DNA of 64,000 nt. Origin: Candidatus Firestoneibacteriota bacterium (GTDB lineage: Bacteria; Oederibacteriota; D2-FULL-39-29). This document shows positions 9,646 to 21,106 of the stretch, piece after piece; the stretch's first letter is position 1; every line of letters starts with the position of its first letter. Where the stretch lies: positions 2,766 to 66,765 of the forward strand of contig CAITEH010000039.1 in NCBI GenBank assembly GCA_903891415.1, given 5' to 3'. Made by a program: the position numbers and the translations under genes. The notes below the pieces were generated by a model, which had not been told where the DNA came from, searched no databases, and saw only the letters and a list, made by a program, of their open reading frames with translations.

Positions 9646-9900
9646 TTATAAAAGTTTATCCTGCTCCTCATCGTTTTTAAAAGGTTTTGAACCGGTCACC
9701 TTCCCGCTTTTGTCTTTGACCAGGATCTCGATCTTTTTCTCAACTTCATCAAGCTTGGCCGTGCAGTATTTAAGAAGTTTCATGCCGTCCTCATAATGTT
9801 TAAGCGACTCATCCAGGCCGATGTCCCCGCTTTCAAGCATATCAACGATCTCTTCTAATTTAGCTAAAGCGGTTTCAAACTTCATCTCTTTTTCAACCAT
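9646..9900 (-). CDS. xseB: Exodeoxyribonuclease VII small subunit
   Basis: 84 aa helical protein: FETALAKLEEIVDMLESGDIGLDESL. Confidence 0.9.
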   Translation of the reverse strand: MVEKEMKFETALAKLEEIVDMLESGDIGLDESLKHYEDGMKLLKYCTAKLDEVEKKIEILVKDKSGKVTGSKPFKNDEEQDKLL

Positions 9901-9962
9901 ACCCTTTCTCCTTGAGAAAATACCGGGTCTTGGCCGGAGCTGCCTCCGGGCCCTTGTATTTC

Positions 9963-11237
9963 CTACTTAACTATCGCGTTTGTTGTACCTTTTGCGAACT
10001 TCAGCTCTATTTCATCGTTTTTCTTCAATTCAAGAGCATTCTTTACTATCTTTTTTTCCGGCAGTTTAAGCGTGACACTATACCCCCGGTCAAGTATTTT
10101 CAAAGGATTCAAACTTTCCACTTTTCCGCTAAGAACCTTTACTTCGTTCCTTCTATTTTCCAATAAGTGTTTTATTGCCCGGCCTAATTTCGATTCAGAC
10201 TCGTCAACTTCCTGTTTTAACTGGGAAAGTTTTTCTTTAGGCCTTAAGAACGCCGGGCTTTTTGCCGCGTTCGCAACTCTTTCCTTGAAGATCTCCAGAG
10301 TCCGCTTCAGGCCCATGGCCAGCCCTGATCTTCTTATCCAGTCCAGTTTTTCTTTATAGGTCTGATATTTGTTTGTAAGATCATTTTTTAACCTTACCTC
10401 ATAAGCCCTGAGCTTTTCTATAAAGTCAGTTTTTTTCTCGATCACAAGCTCCGCCGCGGCCGAAGGCGTCGGGGCCCTGACATCAGCGACAAAATCGGCA
10501 ATAGTATAATCTATTTCGTGCCCCACCGCGGAAATTACCGGAATAGTTGAAGCATAAATGGCCCGGGCCACTATTTCTTCATTAAAAGCCCAAAGATCTT
10601 CAAGCGAACCTCCGCCCCGGCCGACGATCAGGACCTCAAAACTGCCCTCCCTGCTCATGTAGTTTATGGCTTCCGCTACTTCTTCAGCCGCGCCCTCACC
10701 CTGCACTTTTACGGGATTAAGCACAACATGAACATTTGAAAACCGTCTTTGCAGTACATTTAGAATATCCCTTATAACGGCTCCGGTCGGAGAGGTCACC
10801 ACGCCTATTTTTCGCGGCAGAACAGGAAGTACTCTCTTTCTTTCCCGGTCAAAAAGACCCTCCTTTCTGAGCTGTTCCTTAAGCTGCTCAAAATGCAGCT
10901 GCAGCATTCCCAGGCCTTTGGGCTCCATATTATCAATTATTATTTGATACTGCCCGCTCTTTTCGTAAAGGTCAATATTGCCGTGCACTACCACCTTCAG
11001 GCCGTCTTGCAGTTTAAATTTCAGATATTGATTTGCATTCTTAAAAAACACCGCCCGTATAACGCTTTTCTCATCTTTCAAAGAAAAATACATATGCCCC
11101 GAGGAATGAGGAACAAAATTGGATATTTCACCCTCTATCCAGACGCTGTCAAATTGCTGAATAAGCCCTTTTATTTGCTTTGTTATTTCGCTTACTGTCA
11201 AAACCCGGGGTGTTTGCATAGAATAATATAATATCAC
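9963..11237 (-). CDS. xseA: Exodeoxyribonuclease VII large subunit
   Basis: 424 aa with an OB-fold N-terminus and catalytic core. The track start is GTG at 11237. The first ATG at 11219 (MQTPRVLTVSEI) fits the family N-terminus better. Confidence 0.9.
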   Translation of the reverse strand: MILYYSMQTPRVLTVSEITKQIKGLIQQFDSVWIEGEISNFVPHSSGHMYFSLKDEKSVIRAVFFKNANQYLKFKLQDGLKVVVHGNIDLYEKSGQYQIIIDNMEPKGLGMLQLHFEQLKEQLRKEGLFDRERKRVLPVLPRKIGVVTSPTGAVIRDILNVLQRRFSNVHVVLNPVKVQGEGAAEEVAEAINYMSREGSFEVLIVGRGGGSLEDLWAFNEEIVARAIYASTIPVISAVGHEIDYTIADFVADVRAPTPSAAAELVIEKKTDFIEKLRAYEVRLKNDLTNKYQTYKEKLDWIRRSGLAMGLKRTLEIFKERVANAAKSPAFLRPKEKLSQLKQEVDESESKLGRAIKHLLENRRNEVKVLSGKVESLNPLKILDRGYSVTLKLPEKKIVKNALELKKNDEIELKFAKGTTNAIVK

Positions 11238-11304
11238 TAATATCTGATTTTTTCAATAAATTTGGCCTGTCACGAGGCACACGGCCTGATTTAACAGTAC
11301 GCTT

Positions 11305-12507
11305 CTATTCGTATCTCAGCGCCACTATTGGATCAGTCCGTGAAGCTTTTAACGCGGGGTAAGTGCCGAAAAACACACCTATAAGGACGGAGAAGACAAA
11401 AGAAATTACAATGGAGCTAACAGACGCTTTAAGAGGAAAAGGTACGAAAGGAGCTATCCCGGAAAGGATCATAACGGACGCAAGGATACCTGTCAGCCCG
11501 CCGGAGACGGCGACGATAATTGCTTCAACCAGAAATTGGTATAAAATATTCCGGGAAGAAGCCCCGACGGCTTTTCTTATTCCTATCTCTCTTGTTCTTT
11601 CGGTAACGGTAACCAGCATAATATTCATTATGCCGATACCGCCGACCACAAGTGAAATACCGGCGATCACGTAGGTGATCAGTTCCATGGCCGTCATGAT
11701 ACTTTTGAATAACTCCAGAGATTCTCCCTGCGTGGTTACGCTGAAATCTGTCTTTTCCATTTCCATTAAAAGCACCCGTTTTACTTCTGCCACCGCTTTA
11801 TCTATATTTTTCGCGTCAGGTATCCTGATATTTATCTGATGCACTTCGTTAGAACCGGTCATTTTCTGGGCAGAAGTAATAGGCATGCAGACAGAATTAT
11901 CCATGTCCATGCCAAACATCTTGCCTTTTGCTTCCAGAATACCCAGTACTCTGAATTTCAGTCCTCTTACCGTCAATTCTTTGCCGATGGGATTTAAACC
12001 CTGAAAAAGCGTTTTTACGACTGTCGCGCCTATTACACATACCTGCCGCGCAGTTTTTACATCGTCCTGCCTGAAAAAAACCCCCGTATCAACTTTCCAA
12101 TTATTTACTCTTTCAAAATTGCTGCCTTCCCCCATGACAAAAGAGATATTCCTGCTTTCATTTTTATACTTGGCAATGACCCCCATCAGGTCAAACTCCG
12201 GGCAGGTTTCGGCGCCATAACTGCTTCTGGCCTCAATAAGATCAAGATGCCTCAGCCGTAATTTATTTACCGTATAGGTTCCCGGAGGGCCCATACTGGC
12301 TTCGCTATTTCCGGGAGTGACCATAAGTGTATTTGAACCCATTGCTATTATTTCATTCTCTATCTGGGTCTTTGAACCGTTTATGACCGAAACCAGGAGA
12401 ACAATAGCCATAACCCCGATGATAATACCAAGCAGAGTAAGAAAGGTCCTCATTTTGGAGGACCACAAACTTACAAGCGACAGCTTTAAGTTCTCGGATA
12501 CATTCAT
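11305..12507 (-). CDS. ABC transporter permease, FtsX/MacB-type (paralog 2)
   Basis: 400 aa with an N-terminal TM, a large periplasmic domain and 3 C-terminal TM helices. It is a paralog of the upstream gene. Confidence 0.85.
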   Translation of the reverse strand: MNVSENLKLSLVSLWSSKMRTFLTLLGIIIGVMAIVLLVSVINGSKTQIENEIIAMGSNTLMVTPGNSEASMGPPGTYTVNKLRLRHLDLIEARSSYGAETCPEFDLMGVIAKYKNESRNISFVMGEGSNFERVNNWKVDTGVFFRQDDVKTARQVCVIGATVVKTLFQGLNPIGKELTVRGLKFRVLGILEAKGKMFGMDMDNSVCMPITSAQKMTGSNEVHQINIRIPDAKNIDKAVAEVKRVLLMEMEKTDFSVTTQGESLELFKSIMTAMELITYVIAGISLVVGGIGIMNIMLVTVTERTREIGIRKAVGASSRNILYQFLVEAIIVAVSGGLTGILASVMILSGIAPFVPFPLKASVSSIVISFVFSVLIGVFFGTYPALKASRTDPIVALRYE

Positions 12508-12571
12508 AAATCTCCCTTAAAAACCGCGACTGTTAAAAATTACGAAAATTAAGATGCTTTTTCCCGGTTAT

Positions 12572-13795
12572 TTACTCATATCTTAACGCTATAATTGGAT
12601 CTGTTTTTGCGGCTTTTACCGCGGGATAGGAACCGAAGAAGATCCCTACCGCGCTTGAAAAGATGAAAGCAAGAACTACTGAAGTTGGATTTGCTTTTAA
12701 CGGTACAACCACGGAATCCAGAAACACTTTTTGCAGGGGATTAGCCGCGCTTATAAAAGCAATGGCCAGAAGAATTCCTATTACACCTCCGGTAACCGCA
12801 AGAAATACCGCTTCGGTCATAAATTGCAGGAGAATATCCATTGAACTCGCGCCTACTGCTTTCCTCAGGCCTATTTCTCTTGTCCGTTCTTTAACCGTTA
12901 CAAGCATAATATTCATTATTCCGATGCCCCCGACAAAAAGCGAGATCCCGGCTACGCAGCCCATTACCACATTCAGTATTGCGGCAAAACTGCTGAAGGT
13001 CTTTAATAGTTCGCTTTGACTGTTCAAAGAAAAATCTTCCTTATCCATCTGCGTGAGCAGCTGCCGCCTTATTTCATTCATCGCCTTGACGGTATTCTTT
13101 GGCTCCGGGACCTTGATTATTATCTGATTTATCACGGAAGTACCCAGGAGCTCATGACAGGTAGTGATCGGCATCGCCAGAATATCATCACTATCCTGTC
13201 CGAAGGTCTTCCCTTTTTTTTCCGTAACCCCGATAATAAGCAGTTTTTTTCCGTTCACGAATATATCTTTGCCGATCGGGCTTGAGCCGCCATACAGATC
13301 CCTGACGACCGTGTCTCCTGTTACACAGACCCTTCTTGCCGCTTTAACATCTTCCTCCCTGAAATAATTTCCCTCCGCCACATTCCAGTTCCTGATATAA
13401 GGAAAACTTGCACCTGTTCCCGCAATAACGGTGGTATTCCTGCTTTTTCTTTTATACTTCACCGTTGTCCCGGCGTTGATAAATACCGGGCAGGCTTTAA
13501 CCGCGTAACTACTCTTGGCTTCGAGCATATCCACCAGCCCCAGTTTTAATTTATTGACGGTAAAAGTCCCCGGCGGGCCGTGCATTTCTTCGGAATTACC
13601 GGGAACAAGCTGAAGAACATTTGACCCCATAGAATTAATTTCACCTTCTATCTTTGCCTGTGTACCCGAGATAATAGAAATTAAAAGCACAATAGACATT
13701 ACGCCTATGATAATACCCAGCATGGTCAGGAACGAGCGCACTTTATTTGACCTTAAATTTCCGAGCGCTATTAATACACTTTCGTTAAGGTTCAT
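12572..13795 (-). CDS. ABC transporter permease, FtsX/MacB-type (paralog 1)
   Basis: 407 aa with the same architecture. It is about 50% identical by eye to 11305..12507. Confidence 0.85.
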   Translation of the reverse strand: MNLNESVLIALGNLRSNKVRSFLTMLGIIIGVMSIVLLISIISGTQAKIEGEINSMGSNVLQLVPGNSEEMHGPPGTFTVNKLKLGLVDMLEAKSSYAVKACPVFINAGTTVKYKRKSRNTTVIAGTGASFPYIRNWNVAEGNYFREEDVKAARRVCVTGDTVVRDLYGGSSPIGKDIFVNGKKLLIIGVTEKKGKTFGQDSDDILAMPITTCHELLGTSVINQIIIKVPEPKNTVKAMNEIRRQLLTQMDKEDFSLNSQSELLKTFSSFAAILNVVMGCVAGISLFVGGIGIMNIMLVTVKERTREIGLRKAVGASSMDILLQFMTEAVFLAVTGGVIGILLAIAFISAANPLQKVFLDSVVVPLKANPTSVVLAFIFSSAVGIFFGSYPAVKAAKTDPIIALRYE

Positions 13796-14727
13796 TTTTC
13801 CGCGGCCCTGGCCTTCTGCCCGTCTTTTATTTTTGAAATATTACTTTCTATCACAGTTTCCGCTTCTTTTATTCCCGAAACTATTTCGGTATTGTCATAA
13901 CTTTCAAGGCCTGTTTTAACATATTTCTTTATAACTTTTCCTTTTTCAAGCGCAAATACATACTTTCCGCCCTTATCATCCCCTATTGCCGTATAAGGCA
14001 CCATCAAGACCTCACTTTTTTCCGCTACTTTAACGTAAATATCACCGGTCATACCAAGTCTTAAAGTGAGCTCGGTTTTATCAAGGCGGGCCTTGACCTG
14101 GTAAGTAATTCCTTTCTCTTTTACCTCAAGGCTGCTTTTAGAAATAAATATTATTGCGGCCGGAAGCTTTACCTCTTTGTAGGCATCCAGCACCACTTCG
14201 GCCTTTTGCCCCGTCTTTAACAGGCCGATATCGGTCTCATCAATATTTGATTCAAGTATCAGATCATTCAGGTCGGCCAGCATCAAGGCGGGAGTTCCGC
14301 TGTAGAGAGTTTCTCCGGTTTCTATGAACCTTTTTACGACCGTACCGGAAAATGGAGCGGAAATATAAGTATTCTTCCACTGCTCTTTTGCCTGTTCCGC
14401 CTGCTGGGAAGCCAGAAAGCCTTTTTGAGAAAGCAGGGAAATTCGTTTGTAATCCTTTTCTGCCTGGGCGGTAGAATCAAGTTCCAGCAATAACCTTCCT
14501 TTTTCCACGAATTGGTTCTCTTCGGCAAAGATACGGCTCACCCTGCCGGAAGAAACTGTCGTAAGCTTGGCTTCATTGTTTGACCTCACGGTTCCTGTAG
14601 CCTGGACATTTACGACAATTGTCCCCTTAACCACTTTGGAAACTTTCACTTCCGTTCCTCCGTTTACCCCGCACCCGCCGGCAAGTGCAGCGGCTAAAAC
14701 TAGGCTTAAATATATATTGCTCTTCAT
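13792..14727 (-). CDS. Efflux membrane fusion (periplasmic adaptor) protein, HlyD/MacA family
   Basis: 311 aa with a lipoprotein-like N-terminus (..LAGGCG) and coiled-coil plus beta-barrel adaptor regions. It overlaps its neighbours by 4 nt on each side. Confidence 0.8.
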   Translation of the reverse strand: MKSNIYLSLVLAAALAGGCGVNGGTEVKVSKVVKGTIVVNVQATGTVRSNNEAKLTTVSSGRVSRIFAEENQFVEKGRLLLELDSTAQAEKDYKRISLLSQKGFLASQQAEQAKEQWKNTYISAPFSGTVVKRFIETGETLYSGTPALMLADLNDLILESNIDETDIGLLKTGQKAEVVLDAYKEVKLPAAIIFISKSSLEVKEKGITYQVKARLDKTELTLRLGMTGDIYVKVAEKSEVLMVPYTAIGDDKGGKYVFALEKGKVIKKYVKTGLESYDNTEIVSGIKEAETVIESNISKIKDGQKARAAEK

Positions 14728-16019
14728 TTACTCCCTCCAATAGAATACTCTAATTCATTCAGCGCCGTATAATAGGCATAAAGAGCCTGGAGATTTTCAA
14801 GTTCTGCGCTGCTTTTTTTTGTCTGCGCTTCGATTAAATCGGTTAAAGTGGACAGGCCCTGGTCGTATTTTGCGGAGGCTGCTTCAAGGTTCTTCTTCAA
14901 ATATTCAAGCCTTGTTCCGGAGAGTTCAAGGTCCTGTTTATTTTCTTTTATTTTCAAATAACTCTCCTTGACCTGGAGAACTATTTTCTGTTCCAATAAC
15001 TTCGCGGCATGCGAAACATTTTTAAGAGCTAATTCCATCTGCTCAACCCTGGCCTGCCTTGAAAAACCGCTAAAAAGCGGAATAGAAACACTCAGGCCCA
15101 TATTCCAGCTTTTATCTCTAAGAAACAGATCGCTGCCGGTATATTGATAACCTGCCTGGCCGGAAATTGAAGGCCAGAATTCCGCGTAGGCCCCGCCGGC
15201 GGAGGCCAGGGCAATTTTTTCCCGGAGCTTGTATTCCTTAAGTTCAATTCTGAAAGCCAGCGACCTTGCTTTTGCTTCTTCGAAGGACTTTATTCCAAGG
15301 GGGCTGCCGGCGGGGTCCGCCAGCCGTACTTCGGCCAGCAGCAGCTCTTCTTCATCGCTTTTTAACAGCAGATTTTTGAGTGCCAGGCCCGCAAGGTCAA
15401 CCTGATTAGCGGCTTTTTTAACTTCAAGTTCAAATTTGAGCGTTTCCACTTCCGCGTTCATTTCGTCTATCCGGGTAGCCAGGCCCTGCTCCTTTCTGGC
15501 TTTGACTGATTCCAGCAGGTGTTTCATATCGCTTACAGTCAGACGGGAGGCATTTTCCAGGCCTTTGGCCTGCAGCAGGGAATAAAAACTTTTTTTGACG
15601 TTATAAACCACTTCTGACTTCTTTTTTTCCAGCTCAAAAGCGGCAAGTTCCTCGTTCAAAGCAACCTGATTTTCAAGAGCCAGCGACCGGCCAAAATCCC
15701 AGATATTCTGAGACGCTCCTAAACCAAGAGCATAAGAAGTATTATCAATTTCAGGCCCCAAACCTATGAGCGAAGCAGCCGCTCCAAAAGTGGAAAATGT
15801 CGGAGTTACCTGCCTGTTCGCGGTGAAAGAAGCTGAAATATGCGGTAAAAATACGGCTCTTTGCTCTCTGGCTCTGGCTTTTCCCGCTTCATATTCATTT
15901 TGCAGCGTTATAATTTCAGGACTTTTCCTGAGTACAATATCAATACACTGGTTAAGTGTCAGGTTTTCTGAATATAAAATACCCGCGGACAGGCAAAGTA
16001 CCGCTAAGATAGTCCTCAT
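14724..16019 (-). CDS. TolC-family outer membrane efflux protein
   Basis: 431 aa with a signal peptide and two internal repeats of the TolC coiled-coil/beta structure. Confidence 0.8.
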   Translation of the reverse strand: MRTILAVLCLSAGILYSENLTLNQCIDIVLRKSPEIITLQNEYEAGKARAREQRAVFLPHISASFTANRQVTPTFSTFGAAASLIGLGPEIDNTSYALGLGASQNIWDFGRSLALENQVALNEELAAFELEKKKSEVVYNVKKSFYSLLQAKGLENASRLTVSDMKHLLESVKARKEQGLATRIDEMNAEVETLKFELEVKKAANQVDLAGLALKNLLLKSDEEELLLAEVRLADPAGSPLGIKSFEEAKARSLAFRIELKEYKLREKIALASAGGAYAEFWPSISGQAGYQYTGSDLFLRDKSWNMGLSVSIPLFSGFSRQARVEQMELALKNVSHAAKLLEQKIVLQVKESYLKIKENKQDLELSGTRLEYLKKNLEAASAKYDQGLSTLTDLIEAQTKKSSAELENLQALYAYYTALNELEYSIGGSK

Positions 16020-16031
16020 AAAATACTCCTT

Positions 16032-16700
16032 TTATCTTGTAATGATCTCTCCGTCTTTAAAGTGAATGGTCTTTTTTGCAAAAGCCGCAATATCCGGTTC
16101 GTGCGTGATCAAAACAACGGTTTTTCCTTCCTGATTGAGTTTAACAAATATCTTCATGATCTCTTCGCCTGACTTGGTATCCAGATTACCTGTCGGTTCA
16201 TCGGCCAGGACCAGGGACGGATTTGTGACAAGCGCTCTGGCGATCGCCACTCTCTGCTGCTGCCCGCCGGAAAGTTCATTTTGTTTATTTTTATATTTGT
16301 CGCTAAGCCCGACCATATCCAGCGCCTTTTTTGCCAGTTCTTTCCTGTTTTTCGCGCCGCTGTAGATAAGCGGCAGTTCTACATTATGCACGGCGTCGGT
16401 CCTGGGCAAAAGATTAAAGGTTTGAAAAACAAAACCTATTTTCTTGTTCCTGATCTCCGCCAGTTCACTGTCACTGAGAGTTGAAACTTCTTTTTCATCG
16501 AGTAGATACCTGCCCCGGCTGGGCCTGTCAAGGCAGCCGAGGATATTCATACAGGTGGATTTTCCCGAACCGGAAGGGCCCATGATCGCCAGGAAATCAC
16601 CGGCTTCAACCGTCAGGTTAACGTTCTTAAGCGCGCTGAATTCCATGGCCCCGGTAAAATACGTTTTAGTTACATCAATAAGCTCAATTACTTTTTTCAT
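16032..16700 (-). CDS. ABC transporter ATP-binding protein (MacB/LolD-like)
   Basis: Walker [10 protein letters not shown], signature [15 protein letters not shown] and Walker [13 protein letters not shown]. Confidence 0.9.
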   Translation of the reverse strand: MKKVIELIDVTKTYFTGAMEFSALKNVNLTVEAGDFLAIMGPSGSGKSTCMNILGCLDRPSRGRYLLDEKEVSTLSDSELAEIRNKKIGFVFQTFNLLPRTDAVHNVELPLIYSGAKNRKELAKKALDMVGLSDKYKNKQNELSGGQQQRVAIARALVTNPSLVLADEPTGNLDTKSGEEIMKIFVKLNQEGKTVVLITHEPDIAAFAKKTIHFKDGEIITR

Positions 16701-16836
16701 TGTGTTCTCCTGTTCCTGATGAGTATCTTAGGGCTCCTGTCAAAAGCCCCGTCCCGTCCGTTCCTGCCTGCCATATCTTATTACATTTAAAAAGCCCTTT
16801 AAAGTATTATTTTCCGGCAGGTAAACAGCAGAAACT

Positions 16837-17418
16837 CTATTTAGTCAGCAGAAAAATAGCTTTTTCTGCAAACAAATTCGGCAGGAATTTCACTTCATGC
16901 TTTCCGGTAAACCCGGTAAATCTTTCTTTTTTTATTCCTTCGGTGCTGCAAAATTCAAGAAAGTCCTTGATAGTAAAATAATGCAGATTAGGGGACTCAT
17001 CCCAGCGGTAGGGAAGCGCTTCAGTTGACGGGGTCTTGCCTTTTAAGCCAAGGAATAAACGTACTTTGTAATACGCAAAGTTGGGAAAAGACACTATAAC
17101 ATGTTTCCCCACGCGCAAAGCTTCGTTTATGACCTTGCTGGGCTTTTTTGTTTCCTGAAGCGTAAAATTTATTATTACATAGTCGAAAAATTTATCCGGA
17201 AAATCATGCAGGCCTTTATCAATATCCGCGTGTTCGACCGTAACATCCTTTTTTACGCAGGAATAGATCATCTGCTCATCGTTTTCTATTCCGACACCTT
17301 CTACGCCCTCTTTCTTTTCCAGTAAACGGAGCAGTTCTCCGTCTCCGCAGCCCAGATCGAGGACTTTAGAATTCTTCTCCACAATATCCAATATGATAGT
17401 ATAGTCCAGTCTCTGCAA
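16837..17418 (-). CDS. metW: Methionine biosynthesis protein MetW
   Basis: 193 aa with the N-terminal RLDYTIILDIV...VLDLGCGDGELL methyltransferase-like fold. It sits immediately downstream of metX. Confidence 0.85.
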   Translation of the reverse strand: MQRLDYTIILDIVEKNSKVLDLGCGDGELLRLLEKKEGVEGVGIENDEQMIYSCVKKDVTVEHADIDKGLHDFPDKFFDYVIINFTLQETKKPSKVINEALRVGKHVIVSFPNFAYYKVRLFLGLKGKTPSTEALPYRWDESPNLHYFTIKDFLEFCSTEGIKKERFTGFTGKHEVKFLPNLFAEKAIFLLTK

Positions 17419-17430
17419 TTTTTTCTCCTA

Positions 17431-18591
17431 TCAGGCCTTAGCCCTGTTAAGATATTTCTGATAATTATTATCCAAAAAATGGCCTATCAAGACGCCCTGT
17501 TCTTCATGCGGGATCAAAAACGCGTCGTGGCCGTAACTCTTGGAAATATCACAATAAGTCACATCGGCTTGCGCGAATTTCAGCACCTTTACGATCTCTT
17601 TTGACTGATACGGCGGATAGATCCAGTCATGCGAATAGGATATTACCAAGAATTTGATGTTGGTATTATAAAAATGTTTTATCAGATCCTGGTTATTACC
17701 CGCGTCATAAAAATCAATGGCCTTGGTTATGCTGATATAGGAATTAGCGTCAAATCTTTTTACGAACGCTTCACCCTGATATCTCAGGTAGCTTTCCACC
17801 TCAAAGCCGGTATTAAGCTTTTTAGCGCCTTTTACCGCCTGTCTGGTCCGCCTGCCGAACTTTTCCTCCATAGAATCATCGCTCATATAGGTGATATGCC
17901 CTATCATTCTGGCAATAGCAAGGCCGTTCTCCGGTTTTTTGCCGCTATAATAATTGCCGTTATTCCAATCAGGGTCTGACATAATAGCGATACGCCCTAC
18001 TTCATTGAAAGCTATCTGCTGGGCCGAATGCCGGAAGGTCGTAGCAATAGGGATCGCTGTAACCACCCTGTCAGGATACGAATATGCCCATTCTATGACC
18101 TGCATGCCGCCCATGGAGCCGCCGGAAACACAAAAAAGTTTATTTATTCCCAGTCCTTCCACAAGTTTTACCTGCACGTTTACCATATCCTTGATAGTTA
18201 TATCGGGAAATTCCGCCCCGTAGGGCGCATTCTTTCTGGGATCGCCGGTTGACGGGCCTGTTGAGCCCCTGCAGCCCCCGAGAACATTTGAACAGATAAT
18301 AAAATATTTATTTGTATCAAAAGCACGGCCCGGGCCTATCATGAATTCCCACCAGCCAAGTTTCCCGGTTTCTTTGCTGATACCCGCAACATGAGCATCA
18401 CCGCTCAAAGCATGGCAAAGAAGCACCCCGTTATCTTTTTTTTCGTTTAATTTCCCGTAGGTTTCATAGGCGATCCTGATCTGAGGTAAAATGTCGCCAT
18501 TTTCAAGAACAAAGTTATTAAAATCAAAAAAGCGGGTTTCGACGGTCCCGTTAGGGCTATTTTTTGGAACTTCTATTTTATCATCATTCAT
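17431..18591 (-). CDS. metX: Homoserine O-acetyltransferase
   Basis: 386 aa alpha/beta hydrolase with the GGSMGG nucleophile elbow. This matches the MetX family. Confidence 0.9.
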   Translation of the reverse strand: MNDDKIEVPKNSPNGTVETRFFDFNNFVLENGDILPQIRIAYETYGKLNEKKDNGVLLCHALSGDAHVAGISKETGKLGWWEFMIGPGRAFDTNKYFIICSNVLGGCRGSTGPSTGDPRKNAPYGAEFPDITIKDMVNVQVKLVEGLGINKLFCVSGGSMGGMQVIEWAYSYPDRVVTAIPIATTFRHSAQQIAFNEVGRIAIMSDPDWNNGNYYSGKKPENGLAIARMIGHITYMSDDSMEEKFGRRTRQAVKGAKKLNTGFEVESYLRYQGEAFVKRFDANSYISITKAIDFYDAGNNQDLIKHFYNTNIKFLVISYSHDWIYPPYQSKEIVKVLKFAQADVTYCDISKSYGHDAFLIPHEEQGVLIGHFLDNNYQKYLNRAKA

Positions 18592-18688
18592 GTTAGGTAC
18601 GGTCCTTTGTTCATGTTTTTAGATAATTCCTATCAACTACGGAACTCTGACTTAATTTAACCGTTCACGACTACTTGAATATTTTCTT

Positions 18689-19783
18689 TTACCTGGAATT
18701 CGGCTCTTTAATACCGGAATTTTTTCTTATTACATGCCCGTAATCTGTTCCAACAGTCCTTCCCAGCCCGATTATCCTGGCCGTTACACAGCCAAAACAT
18801 TTATCAGCGTTCTCATCAAGACATATCTTATTCGGATAGATCTCGTAGTAAGGCCTTACTTCTGTCGGAGTAATATTAGGCATCATAACATTTGCCCCTG
18901 CCTCCAGAGCTTTTTCCCGTCCCAGAGGGTCTATCGTTCCCATAGCGGTAGTCGCCGGCATATGAGCGTAGGGAAAAACCAGCCTTAAAACAGCGATCAG
19001 GCGAAGCGCCTGGCTTAAAGAACCGCCTTTTTCATCCTTTAACGGGGTTTCCTTATGCGGTAAAAACGGGCCTATACCGGCCATCTCCACACCGAGCTCA
19101 TGCAGCCAGATAATATCTTTAGCAAGGCTTGTAGAATCCTGCCCCGGCAGCCCGGCCATGACACCGCTTCCCAGCTGGTAACCAAGTTTTTTTAGCGTGT
19201 AAAGGCAGTTTTTTCTGTATTCCAGGTCACTATCAGGATGTATCTCCCTGAAAACACGCCGGTCCGTTGTTTCTATCCTAAGCAAATACCTGTCCGCGCC
19301 GGCTTTTCGCCAGGCTAAATAGGTTGCCTCATCTCTTTCGCCTAAACTCAAAGTAACCGCGAGTTTAGTCTTATTTTTTAGTTCAACTATAATTTCAGAC
19401 ATTACCTCAGAACTAAAATACAGATCCTCTCCTGACTGCAATACCACCGTTTTATATCCCAGTTTTTCGGCTTTTAAAGCCGTTGCAAGTATTTCCGCCT
19501 TTGACAGGCGGTATCTCTTTATCTTTTTATTAGCGGCTCTGAGCCCGCAGTAATGGCAATTTTTACGGCAAAAATTGGAAAACTCAATAAGCCCCCTGAG
19601 ATGGACAGAATTACCCAGCGTCTTTTCCCGGAGTTTATCGGCCGCGGCCAGCAATTTTGTTTCGTCCCCGCCTTTTGCGTCAAGCAGGGGAACCAGCCAT
19701 TCAAGTGCCGGCGCCGCACCCGCGGTACCGGCACTCAGGGCTTCTGAAAAACTTAACACTTTCTTTTCCTTCAATTTAGGCAT
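18689..19783 (-). CDS. Radical SAM enzyme of the HydE ([FeFe]-hydrogenase maturase E) / BioB-like subfamily
   Basis: 364 aa. The radical SAM CX3CX2C motif sits in the HydE context LIEFSNFCRKNCHYCGLR. Conserved HydE blocks follow: VLQSGED, AVTLSLGE, GADRYLLRIETTD, GLPGQ, IPATTAMGTI, GANVMMPN. A C-terminal CxxC (CFGC) is present. Confidence 0.75.
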   Translation of the reverse strand: MPKLKEKKVLSFSEALSAGTAGAAPALEWLVPLLDAKGGDETKLLAAADKLREKTLGNSVHLRGLIEFSNFCRKNCHYCGLRAANKKIKRYRLSKAEILATALKAEKLGYKTVVLQSGEDLYFSSEVMSEIIVELKNKTKLAVTLSLGERDEATYLAWRKAGADRYLLRIETTDRRVFREIHPDSDLEYRKNCLYTLKKLGYQLGSGVMAGLPGQDSTSLAKDIIWLHELGVEMAGIGPFLPHKETPLKDEKGGSLSQALRLIAVLRLVFPYAHMPATTAMGTIDPLGREKALEAGANVMMPNITPTEVRPYYEIYPNKICLDENADKCFGCVTARIIGLGRTVGTDYGHVIRKNSGIKEPNSR

Positions 19784-19795
19784 CCTTCCTTTAGA

Positions 19796-21106
<1,311 letters not shown>

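Noticed and set aside
11238-11304. Hairpin GGCCTGT...ACACGGCC between the efflux permease and xseA as a terminator
   Set aside because: The stem is imperfect and is followed by an A-rich rather than a U-rich tract on the transcribed strand. The call is too weak.
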